Shown here in pieces: positions 1-11,614 of a stretch of 64,000 nt of DNA (position 1 is the first letter of the stretch; every line of letters starts with the position of its first letter). This stretch comes from Lingula anatina (Eukaryota > Animalia > Brachiopoda): the NCBI GenBank assembly GCA_051362555.1, contig CM120641.1:18352001-18416000 (forward strand), given 5' to 3'. The translations under genes were made by a program, and so were the position numbers. Under the pieces are notes generated by a model that made no database searches, was not told the origin of the DNA, and was given only the letters and a program-made list of their open reading frames with translations.

Positions 1-1657
1 ACCTATAAATTTGGAAATAAGATGACGTAACTAAACATTAGTAAAGTTAGCTTTCTGACTGTATAGCTATTGTTGAAAAGACTTCTAGTTTTATTTATTA
101 AACCTTGATAATAAGCTCAATCAGCAGTCTTGAATTAATGTCAGATAATTATTTCTTTATCAAAAAATGTTAAAACATCCAGTCTAAATAGCAACTTTAA
201 TACAAAACCAGTGGCTATGATTATCACACATACTTGCTTTTTTTTAAAAAAAGTCCTTCTGCTATGATAATTATCAGTGTTGAACATGTAGGGGATGTCC
301 TGTCATATAGTAGAAGCAGCATGGAAGAAATCTGTGACTGTTAGTTTCCAGAAGAGTTATCTGAAGATATTATACATAGGACTTCATTTAAATTATGACA
401 CATGCATTAAATAAATAGAATTAAATTTACAGCATGACCATTAGCTAGTTCTACTTCCTCTTCCTTATTCATTCATCCAAGAAGGTGTTATTCACGTAAA
501 AGGTTAGTCATTTTAATAAAATGCAGTCAAGCTATTTTACCACTGTTGTTTAATATTCATTAATTTAAATAGCTGTCAAATGAGGTCAAAACTTTGATTA
601 GTTGGAATGTAATGTGACTCATTGTTTCTGAGTCAGATATTTTATTTCTCAGGTGAGTTATAATAATATTTTTCAGTCTTTCTGTACATTATTTCTTAGC
701 ATTGAAATTGACTCAGTTATTTGAATTGATGAAATATGCACTTTTGGCAAGAACCTAGGTGTATTTGTGCCTACTGCTGAAAGGAAATGGGGTCAACTAA
801 AGAAATGATAATAATTTGTGCCCTATTAACATTTGCATATCTTTGAAAGGTCTTTGAATGCATGTTTGCTTTTCTGTGATGATGTGTACTCGGTCATACA
901 AAGGCAATCCATGTAGCAGAAACTCTCCTAAAATTGTATTTACAATCTAACCTTATACTTTGTATTGAACTCTCAGCCAGGGTAACAAAGATTTTTTTCA
1001 CCATGAATTCATAGATATTTTTCTGTCTGATTCTGTATAAAAATATCAAAATAAAAAAAGGAAAGAAAGAATTACATCATACCCCAGCTGATCTTTGGTA
1101 GAGAGTGCACTGAACTGTAGTTCTGTCAATGTGGCACTCACAGTCAAACTCAATTTAAGGAGGGTCTCTCATATTTCAGAAACAACTGAATTGAAATTGT
1201 AAGACAAAATCTACAGACCATATGAGTAGAAAATAGATAGAGGGATAATCTAGCTTGTTTTTTGAGAGGTAGCATCCAAAAAAATGTCACTTTTATTACA
1301 TCGCTTTACATGGGGATTTTGCCAAAACTGTCCTAAAATCATTGAAAAATGCAAAAACAAAGAATTCTGCCCTAGTAATTTCAGTCCTATGTGAATATGT
1401 TATTGTTCTTAGTAAGTAGAAGTCAAAGAAATTTGGAAAGAATATATACCATGTCCAGTTTGTTCTTGAGAGAGGGCTACTCTTACATGCAATTTTATTG
1501 ATGTTGCATAGGAATCAAAGGGAATTGTTTAGTATATTTAAATCATTATATGTGTATCAAGGATTTTATAACTTAGCTACTCATTTTGCTTTAAATTGAT
1601 GAAATGTCTGTTTTTAAATGTGTTTGTTTAAATGGGGTTTGCATTTATATTTTTTAG

Positions 1658-1781
1658 GAATATAGGGAGAGGATCAGAGACATTGTAACAGACACCCCTC
1701 TCTATATGAATGAGGCCCTTAGAAATGGGAAAAAGGTGCTGGTAGAGGGGGCAAACGCATCCATGTTGGATATTGACTTTG
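1658..1781 (+). CDS. ADSS: Adenylosuccinate synthetase, internal exon (gene starts upstream of window)
   Basis: tttttag| acceptor and |gtaagt donor; EYRERIRDIVTDTPLYMNEALRNGKKVLVEGANASMLDIDFG matches the ADSS VEGANA-LDIDFG motif; phase 0 to 1. Confidence 0.95.
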
Positions 1782-1880
1782 GTAAGTTTATGACAAGAAT
1801 TGTTTTTATAGTTTTTGTGAATAAGTAAAATGTCTTTTGTCATAATATATGTACATGTTTTATTTTGTAATGTATCTAAA

Positions 1881-2209
1881 AGGGAAAACAGCTCTTCCTT
1901 TGCCATTGAAAATTCCACAAGTACATGGTAAACAACACACAAATATAAATTCCTTTTCACTACCAAAATGACGGTTATCGCAATTAGTCTGAAATCTGTG
2001 CTTGCCATCAGACCATGTGGACTTTCAAAGATGGCTACCCTCCATATTAATCTAAGAGATTATTACACAAAATACTTTTAAAAAATTTACTAACTTTGAA
2101 TGTTGGAACAGATTCATTAACCATTGGTAAGTACGGGAAAATTGTCGTTAACCCCAGGAAAATCTGTTCTTTGGCCCTTTTCCTGTCAAAATGAAGAGTT
2201 GTTATCCCT
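1881..2209. mobile_element. Non-autonomous DNA transposon (Kolobok-like MITE), copy 1
   Basis: Imperfect TIRs agggaaaacagctcttc / gaagagttgttatccct, TAAA on both flanks; interior similar to 18361-18697. Confidence 0.7.
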
Positions 2210-3179
2210 TAAAATTGAGTGTCTTTGCTTGCACGCACGCACGCATGCCTGCATGCACACACGCACGCACGCACACACACACACACAGGTAGATAAAGGA
2301 GAACATTCAACGTGGCTGCTGTTTTATCCATCTTTAAAATGATTTTCTCTGTTAAAAAAATGAAGCCATTTGGAGTCCATAAAACTAAAGAGTTTTGGAG
2401 TTTTTGCCAGCTATAAGATTTAAAAATGTTAAAATCACAAACTCCTTACTATTGTATTTTGTCAAAAAGACATTTATTTGATCCTCCTTCTCTCTGGCCT
2501 GATTTAAATACATGATTGAGCAACAAGTAATTTTAAAAAATGTGCTATGGAAGTAAGTCTTTTATTTGATTCATGAATGGTGATAATGACAAGGCAAGGG
2601 GTATGAATCATTTCTCAAATGTGGTGGGAGGTTTGTAAAGTTCCTCTGCACGTGCTTATAAAAGATTATGGTATTTTGCCAATTTTGGCATTATACTTTT
2701 AGAAGTTTGATGACAAGTAAGGCTGCTTCACATGTGTTCAGAGTTTAGAAAAATCATCTTCTTAAACAGCCTGTTATTAATTTGTCAGAGGGATTAAGAG
2801 TGGTGATTCTTCATCTCTATTCACTTTCCTTGGTGTTTATTCTGTCATTACATTACATTACATTACATTTTTATGACAGTTATCTTGAAGTTCAAAAGTT
2901 GCAGATTTATGAGCTTTTCAAGTATTATGAAATGTGGTAGATATAACTTAAAAACTGTCCATTATGCTGTCTATCCCCTTGAATTTAATGTAGTTAAAGT
3001 TTATAAGTTTGCACAAGCAAGTTTATCCAAGCTTCATGAACACCATTGATTTTGTTGTTTCCATAAATTAATTCCTTCATGACCTCTTAAAACAGTTATA
3101 TCTCTTCCCACCACAAATCTAAGTGCTGATTCAATTTTATTTTTTGGAGGGGGGTAAATGTATTCTGTTGATTTTACAG

Positions 3180-3334
3180 GGACGTATCCATCGGTAACCT
3201 CCTCCAACTGCAGTATAGGTGGTGTGTGTACGGGTCTTGGTATCCCAGCACAGAAAATTGGAGATGTAATTGGGGTTGTGAAGGCCTACACAACCAGGGT
3301 TGGCGGAGGAGTCTTACCCACGGAGCAGCTGAAC
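3180..3334 (+). CDS. ADSS: Adenylosuccinate synthetase exon
   Basis: ttttacag| ... |gtgagt; [23 protein letters not shown]...[20 protein letters not shown]; phase 1 to 0. Confidence 0.97.
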
Positions 3335-3710
3335 GTGAGTAGAAATCAAGAGGAAATCGCTCTCTTAAGTGTACAGCTATCATCAAACACAGAAGTACTT
3401 TAATGTAAAGAGATCTGCAGTCTATATATATAATAAATATAATTTATATATAATAAATATAAAAACAATAAAAATATAAAACAAAATATAAAAACAATAT
3501 TATAAGGATCACAGTTTATAAAAAGTCACAATTAGTTCTTGCAGTACATGAAAAGGCTGTATATTGTGATTATTGAGTACTTTACTAACTAATTAATTCA
3601 AGTATTACATACAAACAAGCACATTTGTTGTTTAAGTTTTAAGGGTCAGCAATGAGTTAATTGAATCTGCTACAGAATTTCAAATACTATTGGTAATTGT
3701 TCCATTTTAG

Positions 3711-3835
3711 GATATTGGCGAAACCTTGCAAGTAAAAGGCCATGAATTTGGAGTGACCACTGGGCGTAAGAGGCGTTGTGGATGGTTGGACACAGTAGTG
3801 GTCAACTACACCAACATGTTAAATGGGTACACATG
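3711..3835 (+). CDS. ADSS: Adenylosuccinate synthetase exon
   Basis: ttttag| ... |gtaagt; [27 protein letters not shown] (aspartate-binding loop motif); phase 0 to 2. Confidence 0.97.
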
Positions 3836-4406
3836 GTAAGTTGATGGGTACGGTACACTCCTTGTAACCTGTAACACTAAAACTTTTATATCAAACATAT
3901 TTTATGAAATGGATTTTTTGAAGGGGTGGTGGGGGGGGGGGGGGGAGGTAAACTGAAACTGATAAGACAATGTCTAAGTCAAATCATTGCATTACTTACA
4001 AAGTTTCCCGTCATAAAATGACCTAGTTATAAAGAGGTCACTATTTTATGAATGAAATGTTTTGGAGAAATTTGAAATTTGAATGTTCTCAACCTGCTGT
4101 TGTAAGATGTTTCAGGCTTTTATTATTATCTTTTAAACATTATCAGGAACAGATAACTCATGTGAAATGTTACTACATTTAGAGTGAAAATATTACACAG
4201 AAGTGTCACCAGGAATAATTTGTCATTTATTTTGTGATGTAAAATTACCGAAAAAACTGACTTTTTTTTTTTTTTTGAAGTGTCTGGCACATTTTCAGTG
4301 AACGCAAGTTTATTGTTATTTTTGCTTTAGTTTAATTCCACTACAAGATTTGCTGAATGGTACTGAATTAAACAGAAAAATAACCTACATGTTATTTTTG
4401 TTGCAG

Positions 4407-4504
4407 TATTGCATTAACAAAACTTGACATCTTGGATGAATTTGAAGAGGTGAAGATTGGGGCCCAATACAAAATTAATGGCAAGGTCACCAAGTCTTTT
4501 CCCC
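4407..4504 (+). CDS. ADSS: Adenylosuccinate synthetase exon
   Basis: ttgcag| ... |gtaagt; [19 protein letters not shown] (TKLD guanine-recognition motif); phase 2 to 1. Confidence 0.96.
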
Positions 4505-4645
4505 GTAAGTATAGGAAAATATAGCGCTTTTTCTCCGAAATAGCTCAGTTGTTCAAAAATAAACAAATGACAACCCTTTGAAATAAATGCTCTAACTGCT
4601 TCAGTTTGGTAATTAAAATTTCTTTTAATTCTGTGTCAAATTTAG

Positions 4646-4795
4646 CCACATTGGAGGAATTAGCTAAAGTGGATGTTGAATATGTCACGTTACCTGGGTG
4701 GAAAAAGAGCACAGCTGACTGCCGGAAATTCTCAGACCTCCCAGAAAATGCTCAAAATTATGTGAAGAAAGTGGAAGAATTAATTGGTGTGCCAA
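4646..4795 (+). CDS. ADSS: Adenylosuccinate synthetase exon
   Basis: tttag| ... |gtaaga; LAKVDVEYVTLPGWKKST...FSDLPENAQNYVKKVEELIGVP; phase 1 to 1. Confidence 0.96.
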
Positions 4796-5083
4796 GTAAG
4801 ATCCTTCACCATTTTCTGTGAAAATTTGCTGATAAAAAAGTTAATAACTTCAAAAGTGTCGCTCATCTGTAATTGCTGGTACATTATGGTAGCAATTTGA
4901 AGTTCAATTTGAATAACTTTTTTTCAGTTTTCTATATTTTTGTAGAAACTTTGATATTACATTCTCTCTAACATTAGTGTGACAATGTTTAATAAGAATA
5001 TTTTTGACCAAATTTCAAAATAAACCTAATTTTTCTTGTCACTGACATTATTCTAACATTTTGAAAAACAATTTTTTTTCCAG

Positions 5084-5136
5084 TCAAGTGGGTTGGTGTT
5101 GGTCAAGACCGCTTATCCCTAATACAGCTGTTTTGA
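5084..5136 (+). CDS. ADSS: Adenylosuccinate synthetase, last coding exon
   Basis: ttttccag|; IKWVGVGQDRLSLIQLF then TGA at 5134-5136; resembles the vertebrate ADSS C-terminus. Confidence 0.95.
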
Positions 5137-6639
5137 GTACATGACATCCCTGAAGATGTTCAACTTAACAGCTGAATTTCCTCAGTGACAACAAGGATCT
5201 GGATTATTATTTTTTTTCTAAATTTACAGTCTGTCAGTTAACGTACCAAAATTAATTTGATTGTCACAACCATATGTGCTTTATTTTAAATTGTCCTACT
5301 GTGCATAGCCCACTAGAGTTAACTTTAGGTGCCCTGATTTACTAAGAAATATTTTACTCCCTAAACTGCTGTCATTGATACCAGATAAGGTCTCTAAGAT
5401 GGGATGATTTTATACAAGTTGAAAACTACTGGGAAAAAATTACTGCATACATATGCAGCAGTTTTCTCTTTGAAACTGCACCGTAGTGTATATATTGGCC
5501 ATATCAGGCAAGCATGTATCTAACAATATACAAAGTACAGTTTGCTGTCAGAAGTAGAAGCTTACATTCATAGTGCCATGATTAGTTTGTAATACTAGTG
5601 AATAGACCAAAAGCAGTGAGGGCAGCATTATAAAAATGACATTATGTGATAGTAGTTTGATTAGCTTCCAGGTGGAGGGATAAAGGTCAAATGATCACTC
5701 AATTTTGTCAATAATTATTGGAGCACCTTTTTTTCTGTTGTTGTTTTAAGAATAAACAGAAGTGTTTTTATTAACTTTTCAGTTATGTATCTTACCTTGT
5801 AATTAACCTTGATTAATCCATTTTTTGTTGAACATACATTTTTTTCGTGGTCTTACTGACATACTTTTGAATATCCATAGTTTTCATTCCTTACAAATGC
5901 ATTTTTCTGCTTTTTGATAACTTTTTTTTTTATTGTTATATTTCCCTTTTGTTTAGGCCAGTCTTTTTGCATGTCAAAATTATAGGAGATTGAATATTTA
6001 GCTTTGGGTGGACGTTGCCTTCAGTTAAGTGGCATTGATTTTTGGGAGTGAAGTTTTATGTAATAATAATTTTCATCATGCAGCTGTGAGAGAATAATGA
6101 AAATTGATACAAGGTATGATACAAGTTGTGTCAAATTTGCACTTCATAAATTATTTATAGCTACGGGTAAAATGGATCGCTTGAGACAAGAATTTTTGTG
6201 ATGAGGATTTTTATGGTGAAGGTATGAATTTCAAAAACAGCTTCTACAAGTGGAGATTTGAAATGTATTTCTTGACCCACTATGGAGTTGCTTATTAATA
6301 GTTCCTATTAAAGGCCATGGGAGATGATTTAGCTTCATCATAGGGAATTAGCTTTCTTAATTTATAATTTGTCTAGTTTTGCTGGTTACCTTGGAAAAGT
6401 TCAGGATGTCATTTTGAACAATCATTGGTTTGAAAAATATTAATGAGCAAAAATGCATTAAGGGTCATTCTGTGAGTCTTAAGTGTTTTAGGGGTCATAT
6501 TACACAAAAGTGGAAATAATTGTACAAATAGTTTTATTTTAAATCTTCATAATCTACACATTGTGGTAAATGAGCCGAGTGCTTTGTTATATGTGAACTG
6601 GTGATGGTTGCTGTGTTGAAACAATTGTACAAGTCATTG

Positions 6640-6670
6640 AATAAAGCATGCACTGATGCTCATATTTATT
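6640..6670. terminator. Candidate convergent polyadenylation signals for ADSS (+, AATAAA 6640-6645) and NAA40 (-, TTTATT 6665-6670)
   Basis: Two canonical hexamers face each other between the two stop codons; another ADSS AATAAA lies at 5751-5756. Confidence 0.5.
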
Positions 6671-7103
6671 CTTTCTAAACATTTAACAATGCTGCATTTC
6701 AACCTATACAGTATTTGTATTGCTTACAATGATCATCTGCATTGTTTTTTCTTAATTATCCAAAATCATAACAAAACCTCAATTTTCAATGATTATTGAA
6801 AAAAATTTTTATCATCACATCTAACATAAATGACAGAGAAACTGATTTTTAAAAATCGGAGGCATTCAAGAATACTTAATCATGTAACTAGGCTAGAGGA
6901 CTATGAGAAATTCTATCCACACATCTGTGTTTCATGCATCGGAAAACACAAGTTTGTATAGGTACCCCATAAAAAATCAATTAACAAAAACAAATATACT
7001 TACAATTTTCCAAAAGTTGTTAAAAACTGCCAAAATAAATATGCAGAAAATTTTATACACTATCTACAAGTTTTGTACTCTCAAGACTGGTGATTGAGAA
7101 CTG

Positions 7104-7251
7104 TTAGGAAGCAGCCACTGCTGAAGCAGATGCCTGCTGTTGACTTTGTTGCTGTAATGGTTTCCTCTGTCCCACTGGCTTGCTGAGAATATCATAAGCA
7201 AAAGGTTCCTCAAAAAGGGTATCATCTGGTGAGATTTCATCCTTGGCATAT
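7104..7251 (-). CDS. NAA40: N-alpha-acetyltransferase 40 (NatD), last coding exon 9
   Basis: Minus-strand tttcag| acceptor; YAKDEISPDDTLFEEPFAYDILSK...QQQSQQQASASAVAAS then TAA. Confidence 0.88.
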
Positions 7252-7443
7252 CTGAAACATATACCAATTCTGGGACAATAGAAACAAGATTCTGCACAAG
7301 TATTTCTAATCAGTACAAGCTACAGAACTTAAACTATGTTTAAATGATAATTGATGAAAACCCCATTTAGGTCTTATGTGACACTTATGATTATTTTCAC
7401 TTGAAAAAGCAACAGTAGCTCATTATGTTATAGCAAAACCTAC

Positions 7444-7521
7444 TTGAGAGTTTTCACAAAGAAATTCTGCCCTCCTTCATTCATTTTTAAAACGGTCATC
7501 ATCACTTTCTTCATCTGAGTT
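7444..7521 (-). CDS. NAA40: NAA40 exon 8
   Basis: KTQMKKVMMTVLKMNEGGQNFFVKTLK, like human TQMKKVMLTV; canonical sites, phase 2 to 2. Confidence 0.93.
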
Positions 7522-7770
7522 CTGAAAAATATGGATCAAAATGTAGTTTCACAGATTAAGTTACTGTAAATCTTAAATTAAGTATCTTAGCTGTACCTCC
7601 CTCACACACAAAGCTTCATTAACATGCTCAAGTCTACACTATAGATACCACAAAAAAAATCATGTATTTTATGATGACAACTTTGTCAAAGTTATATCAA
7701 ATTTTCTACAAATATTTTATATAAAAAGTATGCTTTAGCTTTAAGCACAAGTTTTTACTTAAAAACCTAC

Positions 7771-7854
7771 TTGAATGCCATGAGCTCTAATATCTGCATC
7801 ATAAACTTTCCAAGACCTTTCCTTCTGACTTCTTTATTAAGGTGAATTTCATAA
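7771..7854 (-). CDS. NAA40: NAA40 exon 7
   Basis: CYEIHLNKEVRRKGLGKFMMQILELMAFK with the GNAT acetyl-CoA motif RRKGLG. Confidence 0.95.
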
Positions 7855-8239
7855 CTGAAAATAAATATATGAAATCATTTAATCAATGAAAAAAAAATCA
7901 ATGGATGCATGATTCCATAAATGAGCAGCTGCATTAAAAAAGCTATTTGAATAAATATTATCAAATATTGGCAACAGACCTACTTTTTCAGTTTGCCAAA
8001 TACATTTTTTAGTTTGTAGTTTTTTCACAAACTGGAGGGTCAGATATTTAAATAAGTAGGTCAATTTACAACCAGAAATCTTAAAGTGCAGTTTTAAAGC
8101 TCTTTTATGGTTGATTGAGCGATTAATTTGGTTTTTCCCTTGGAATGTCAACTTTATTTTAATTTTAAAGAAACTAGTGGGAGTGGTTTATATGTGCTCC
8201 ATGTGGCTTTCTAAACGTGGAAACAGTTACACCACTCAC

Positions 8240-8398
8240 CAGTATAATACTTCCACTTCTTCCTCCAGGTCAAATCGGAAGTGTATGAAGGCCACAGGTT
8301 TGTTATCATCAGTGCGTGCAAGGAGATACCACGCTGCCTCATCAGTAAGTTCATCCCTCTTATCCTTATCATTCCACCCCCAGTCACTGTCTTCATAC
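8240..8398 (-). CDS. NAA40: NAA40 exon 6
   Basis: YEDSDWGWNDKDKRDELTDEAAWYLLART...VAFIHFRFDLEEEVEVLYC; tctag| and |gtgagt. Confidence 0.96.
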
Positions 8399-8810
8399 CT
8401 AGAAGATGAATATAGATTTAGAGGAAAGGTTACCTCATTTAACAGGTTAACATCTATATTTCATCCTGGGTGTATCTAAGAATTCGAACATTTGAAAGAC
8501 AGAAAGAAAGACACAAGGGAGTTGCTTATGCCAGTGTTATATATTCTTCTGGATATTTTCTTTGTCAAAAGTCAATTATTTCCTCACCTATATCAGAGGC
8601 CACTCTTGAAAGTTTATTGCTTGAGTACGTTTTGCTAAATCAGTGATAAAAAAGCAAGGGCAAATGTTTCTCGAATCATTTATATTTCACATTTAATGAA
8701 TATCTAATATGCCAGCCTAAGCATGCTAAATGATCCAAATAGTACAAGGGTCAATTTACTACATAATGCACCTAATTGAAACTATTAAAAAATGTTGATT
8801 CTATACTTAC

Positions 8811-8906
8811 ATCTTTTGCATGTTGTCCTTGGTGAGCTGGAAGGCCCAATCTATTGTATCTCTGTCCAAATCTGTCACTCTTTTGCATTCTATTGTGACC
8901 TTTAAG
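8811..8906 (-). CDS. NAA40: NAA40 exon 5
   Basis: GLKVTIECKRVTDLDRDTIDWAFQLTKDNMQKM; tttcag| and |gtaagt. Confidence 0.96.
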
Positions 8907-9063
8907 CTGAAATTATGAAATCTGATAAATGTCCTTGGCTTGAATTCCCAATATGCTATCATCAAGTCAGTTTGTTTTGGCATTAGCACTAGTATCTAGA
9001 TATAGATAGCTACAGACAGTTATAGATAACTATCATTAATTCTAATAGCTTTTAAATGCTTAC

Positions 9064-9116
9064 CCATTTCTGTCGAATGTCTTGAATGGTTGTAATGTAG
9101 CCATGGGATCTTCTAA
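9064..9116 (-). CDS. NAA40: NAA40 exon 4
   Basis: LEDPMATLQPFKTFDRNG, like human DPLEAFPVFKKYDRNG; ttag| and |gtaagc. Confidence 0.92.
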
Positions 9117-9547
9117 CTAAAATGTTTATTTATGCAAATGTGTTATCAAATTAGACAGTTCTGTTATGAATTAAAGTTGGAAGCCTCCAGGAAACACTCG
9201 GTCATTTAACATTTCATATAACAAAATCATGCCAAATCAAAATCTTTTTTTTTTCTTTTAATTTCCATAAGCCAAAGTACTTGGCCTTAACAAATTAATA
9301 GTAAGGACTAGTAAATTGCAGAACTTAATGTATCTACAGAAGAATTGGTACACCATTACACTATAGTCAAATTATAATGCCTGACAATAATTTTTGCGAT
9401 ACTACATGCAGTAGGTAACAAGGTACTCATAACATTTCAAGCAAGTATCACAATCTGGACTATTGTTTTTGCTCTTGTACATGTAACAAAATGCAGAAAA
9501 ATTTTCACTTCTTAAATGAAAATCTACATATATATTGAGGCAATCAC

Positions 9548-9598
9548 CTTATTTGCTGCATCACACACAGCTTGAGAAGCAGCTATTCTGGACGATTC
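9548..9598 (-). CDS. NAA40: NAA40 exon 3
   Basis: ESSRIAASQAVCDAANK; ttttgtag| and |gtgatt; phase 0 to 0. Confidence 0.88.
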
Positions 9599-9967
9599 CT
9601 ACAAAAAATACACAAGATGTTTAAAGTTTAATTTCTATCTTATGAAATTGAAGGACTTAAATTGTCTTTCCTGAGAGCAGATAAGTTGATATTGTTTGAA
9701 TTTGTGACATTGGCAAGCCATAATTGGGCCAACCTTGAGTCAATGTCAAAATAACTTCAATTGTGCCAGTGACTAACCATATGTTGGGTCAATGCACTCT
9801 CGCTTTCTAGGTTTGGTCTAATACTTCCCATGAATTTTATATCTTTTAGGCAATATATGAGGGCAAGTGTAACAATTAAACAATTAAAATGCATATTTTC
9901 ACTGTTTTTACTGACATTAATATTTGACATAATTGCATGGTTAGTGTTAATAATGTTAAATATTTAC

Positions 9968-10024
9968 CTCTTTTCTCTTTAGTCTCTTTTCTTTGGCCTT
10001 TGATGACTCCTTGTTAGATTTTCG
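9968..10024 (-). CDS. NAA40: NAA40 exon 2
   Basis: RKSNKESSKAKEKRLKRKE, basic and like human RKSSKAKEKKQKRLE; tatag| and |gtaaat. Confidence 0.9.
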
Positions 10025-10462
10025 CTATAAATATATACCAAGATAAAATTAAATGTTACCTTATTAAATTATGGTGATATTAAGTGGAAAAATGTACAAA
10101 TTCAGATCCTGCACCAGTGTCAAGTAGAATGAAAAAAGGCAATCTGAGACATAATGTTAGTTAAATAAAATGACCCCTCTTATTTGTGAAAAATTTGGAT
10201 CCATATACACTTGATTTGTGCTCGTGCACCGGCATTAAACAAAGACGTGTTAATTACAGTTCTGCTACCCTTAATCTGATCATCTTGTATTAAACTGTCG
10301 ATTCCTAAATGATGATTATAATGTATGGACTGTGACAATTTGATAAAAATTAATCGCTGACGGCAGCAGCTGAAAAAAGATTACGGATCGTATGCTATCA
10401 TCTCTCAATTTCAAAGTTTTTCCAACAGTAACTGCACTCATAAACGAATCATAAATACTTAC

Positions 10463-10468
10463 ACCCAT
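10463..10468 (-). CDS. NAA40: NAA40 exon 1 coding part (Met-Gly)
   Basis: Minus strand reads ATG GGT|gtaagt; joins exon 2 to give MGRKS, as in human NAA40. Confidence 0.85.
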
Positions 10469-10469
10469 A

Positions 10470-11600
10470 CTGTCTCTCTGTATGTAGTATTTATGAAATA
10501 TTTTCCTGCTAATTCCAACGAAACAGCCAACTTGGCGTACGGATGCGAACTCCCGCCAGATTATCTAGGTCAAGGTGAAGGTCTTTATGACAAAAGACTT
10601 GGGGATTTGTACATTACGGATTTATTATAATTACATCAAAATCATGGTGGAAATGGAAAATGTGGTGCTTGAAAAAATAAATGGGTCCCCACATGGAAAA
10701 CATATATATTTAAAGTACAAACATTAAATTCTCAACAGGGCTCGGCGCTTTTTCTCATTTTCAATTGTGTTTGTTGAGACAAACGCAATGATAACCGCTT
10801 TTGTTTTAGTTTTCTAACACGCTTGCGTAGACTTACCGGTGAGCTTTTCTTTCTGCGTGTTTTGATTACGACGCGCACACTGTGTTAGTTCAGCATGCGA
10901 TCGATACAATATGAATTGAAATTGTGCGAGGGAAAATACGTGTACTTAATATTGACTTAATTTTATTGTAAATGTGCTTTGCAGTATATTTGTAACATTT
11001 TCTAAATAACGTTTTTACTCCCGGCGATCAGAGTACTACAAGCGTTGATCTTTGAGGTTTGCAAACGTGTGAAGTTGCATATTGTACTTCAGCAGTTCGT
11101 GATTTACCTGAAAGCTTATATACTGGCAAACGAGTAGTTTCGTATTAACTAATAGCAGGAGGGGATGCCAAGCGGCCTCTTGCTTGAGATCCGCCGCGCG
11201 TAGTGCTTGCAAACATTACACATATTCGCGCTGGTGTAGTGTATTAATATCTACAGATATATAGCTCGCTTCGGTAGAGCGCGGTACACCTTCGACGGCG
11301 CAGCGGGGATGTATTTCTAGACCAGCACACACGCAGCTGATTTACTGATGTTAGAGATTGACCATATATAGCACATGATCATATCTGAGGCTGGCTGCTA
11401 GATAGGTGTGGAGAGAGTTATGACTGCCTCATGTGCTGAAGAGGGCTAAAATTAACAATAGTGTTGGACGTCAGCTGCAGGAGGATCAGGTAGCTTCAGC
11501 TTGCTGCACTGTATTATCCACACCAGCAGCACTGCTAGGTAGCTAGAAGCCTGTGGCCAGGTATGCCTCTGCTTGCTGTACTACTCTAGTGCCCAGAGAG
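10470..11600. promoter_or_regulatory. CpG-rich divergent promoter region shared by NAA40 and NCX
   Basis: Start codons ~1.15 kb apart, head-to-head; CpG-dense patches (10535-10556, 10740-10930, 11170-11335) in an otherwise CpG-poor window. Confidence 0.65.
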
Positions 11601-11614
11601 TCAGTCAACTCAAG

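Noticed and set aside
1628-2008. 126-aa minus-strand ORF
   Set aside because: Spans the antisense of an ADSS exon, intron and a MITE; no domain
10831-10837. ACTTACC matching the U1 snRNA 5' end
   Set aside because: No U1 body follows; it is the complement of a donor site
11573-11614. ORF-track start at 11573
   Set aside because: It is a TTG; the first ATG in good context is at 11615
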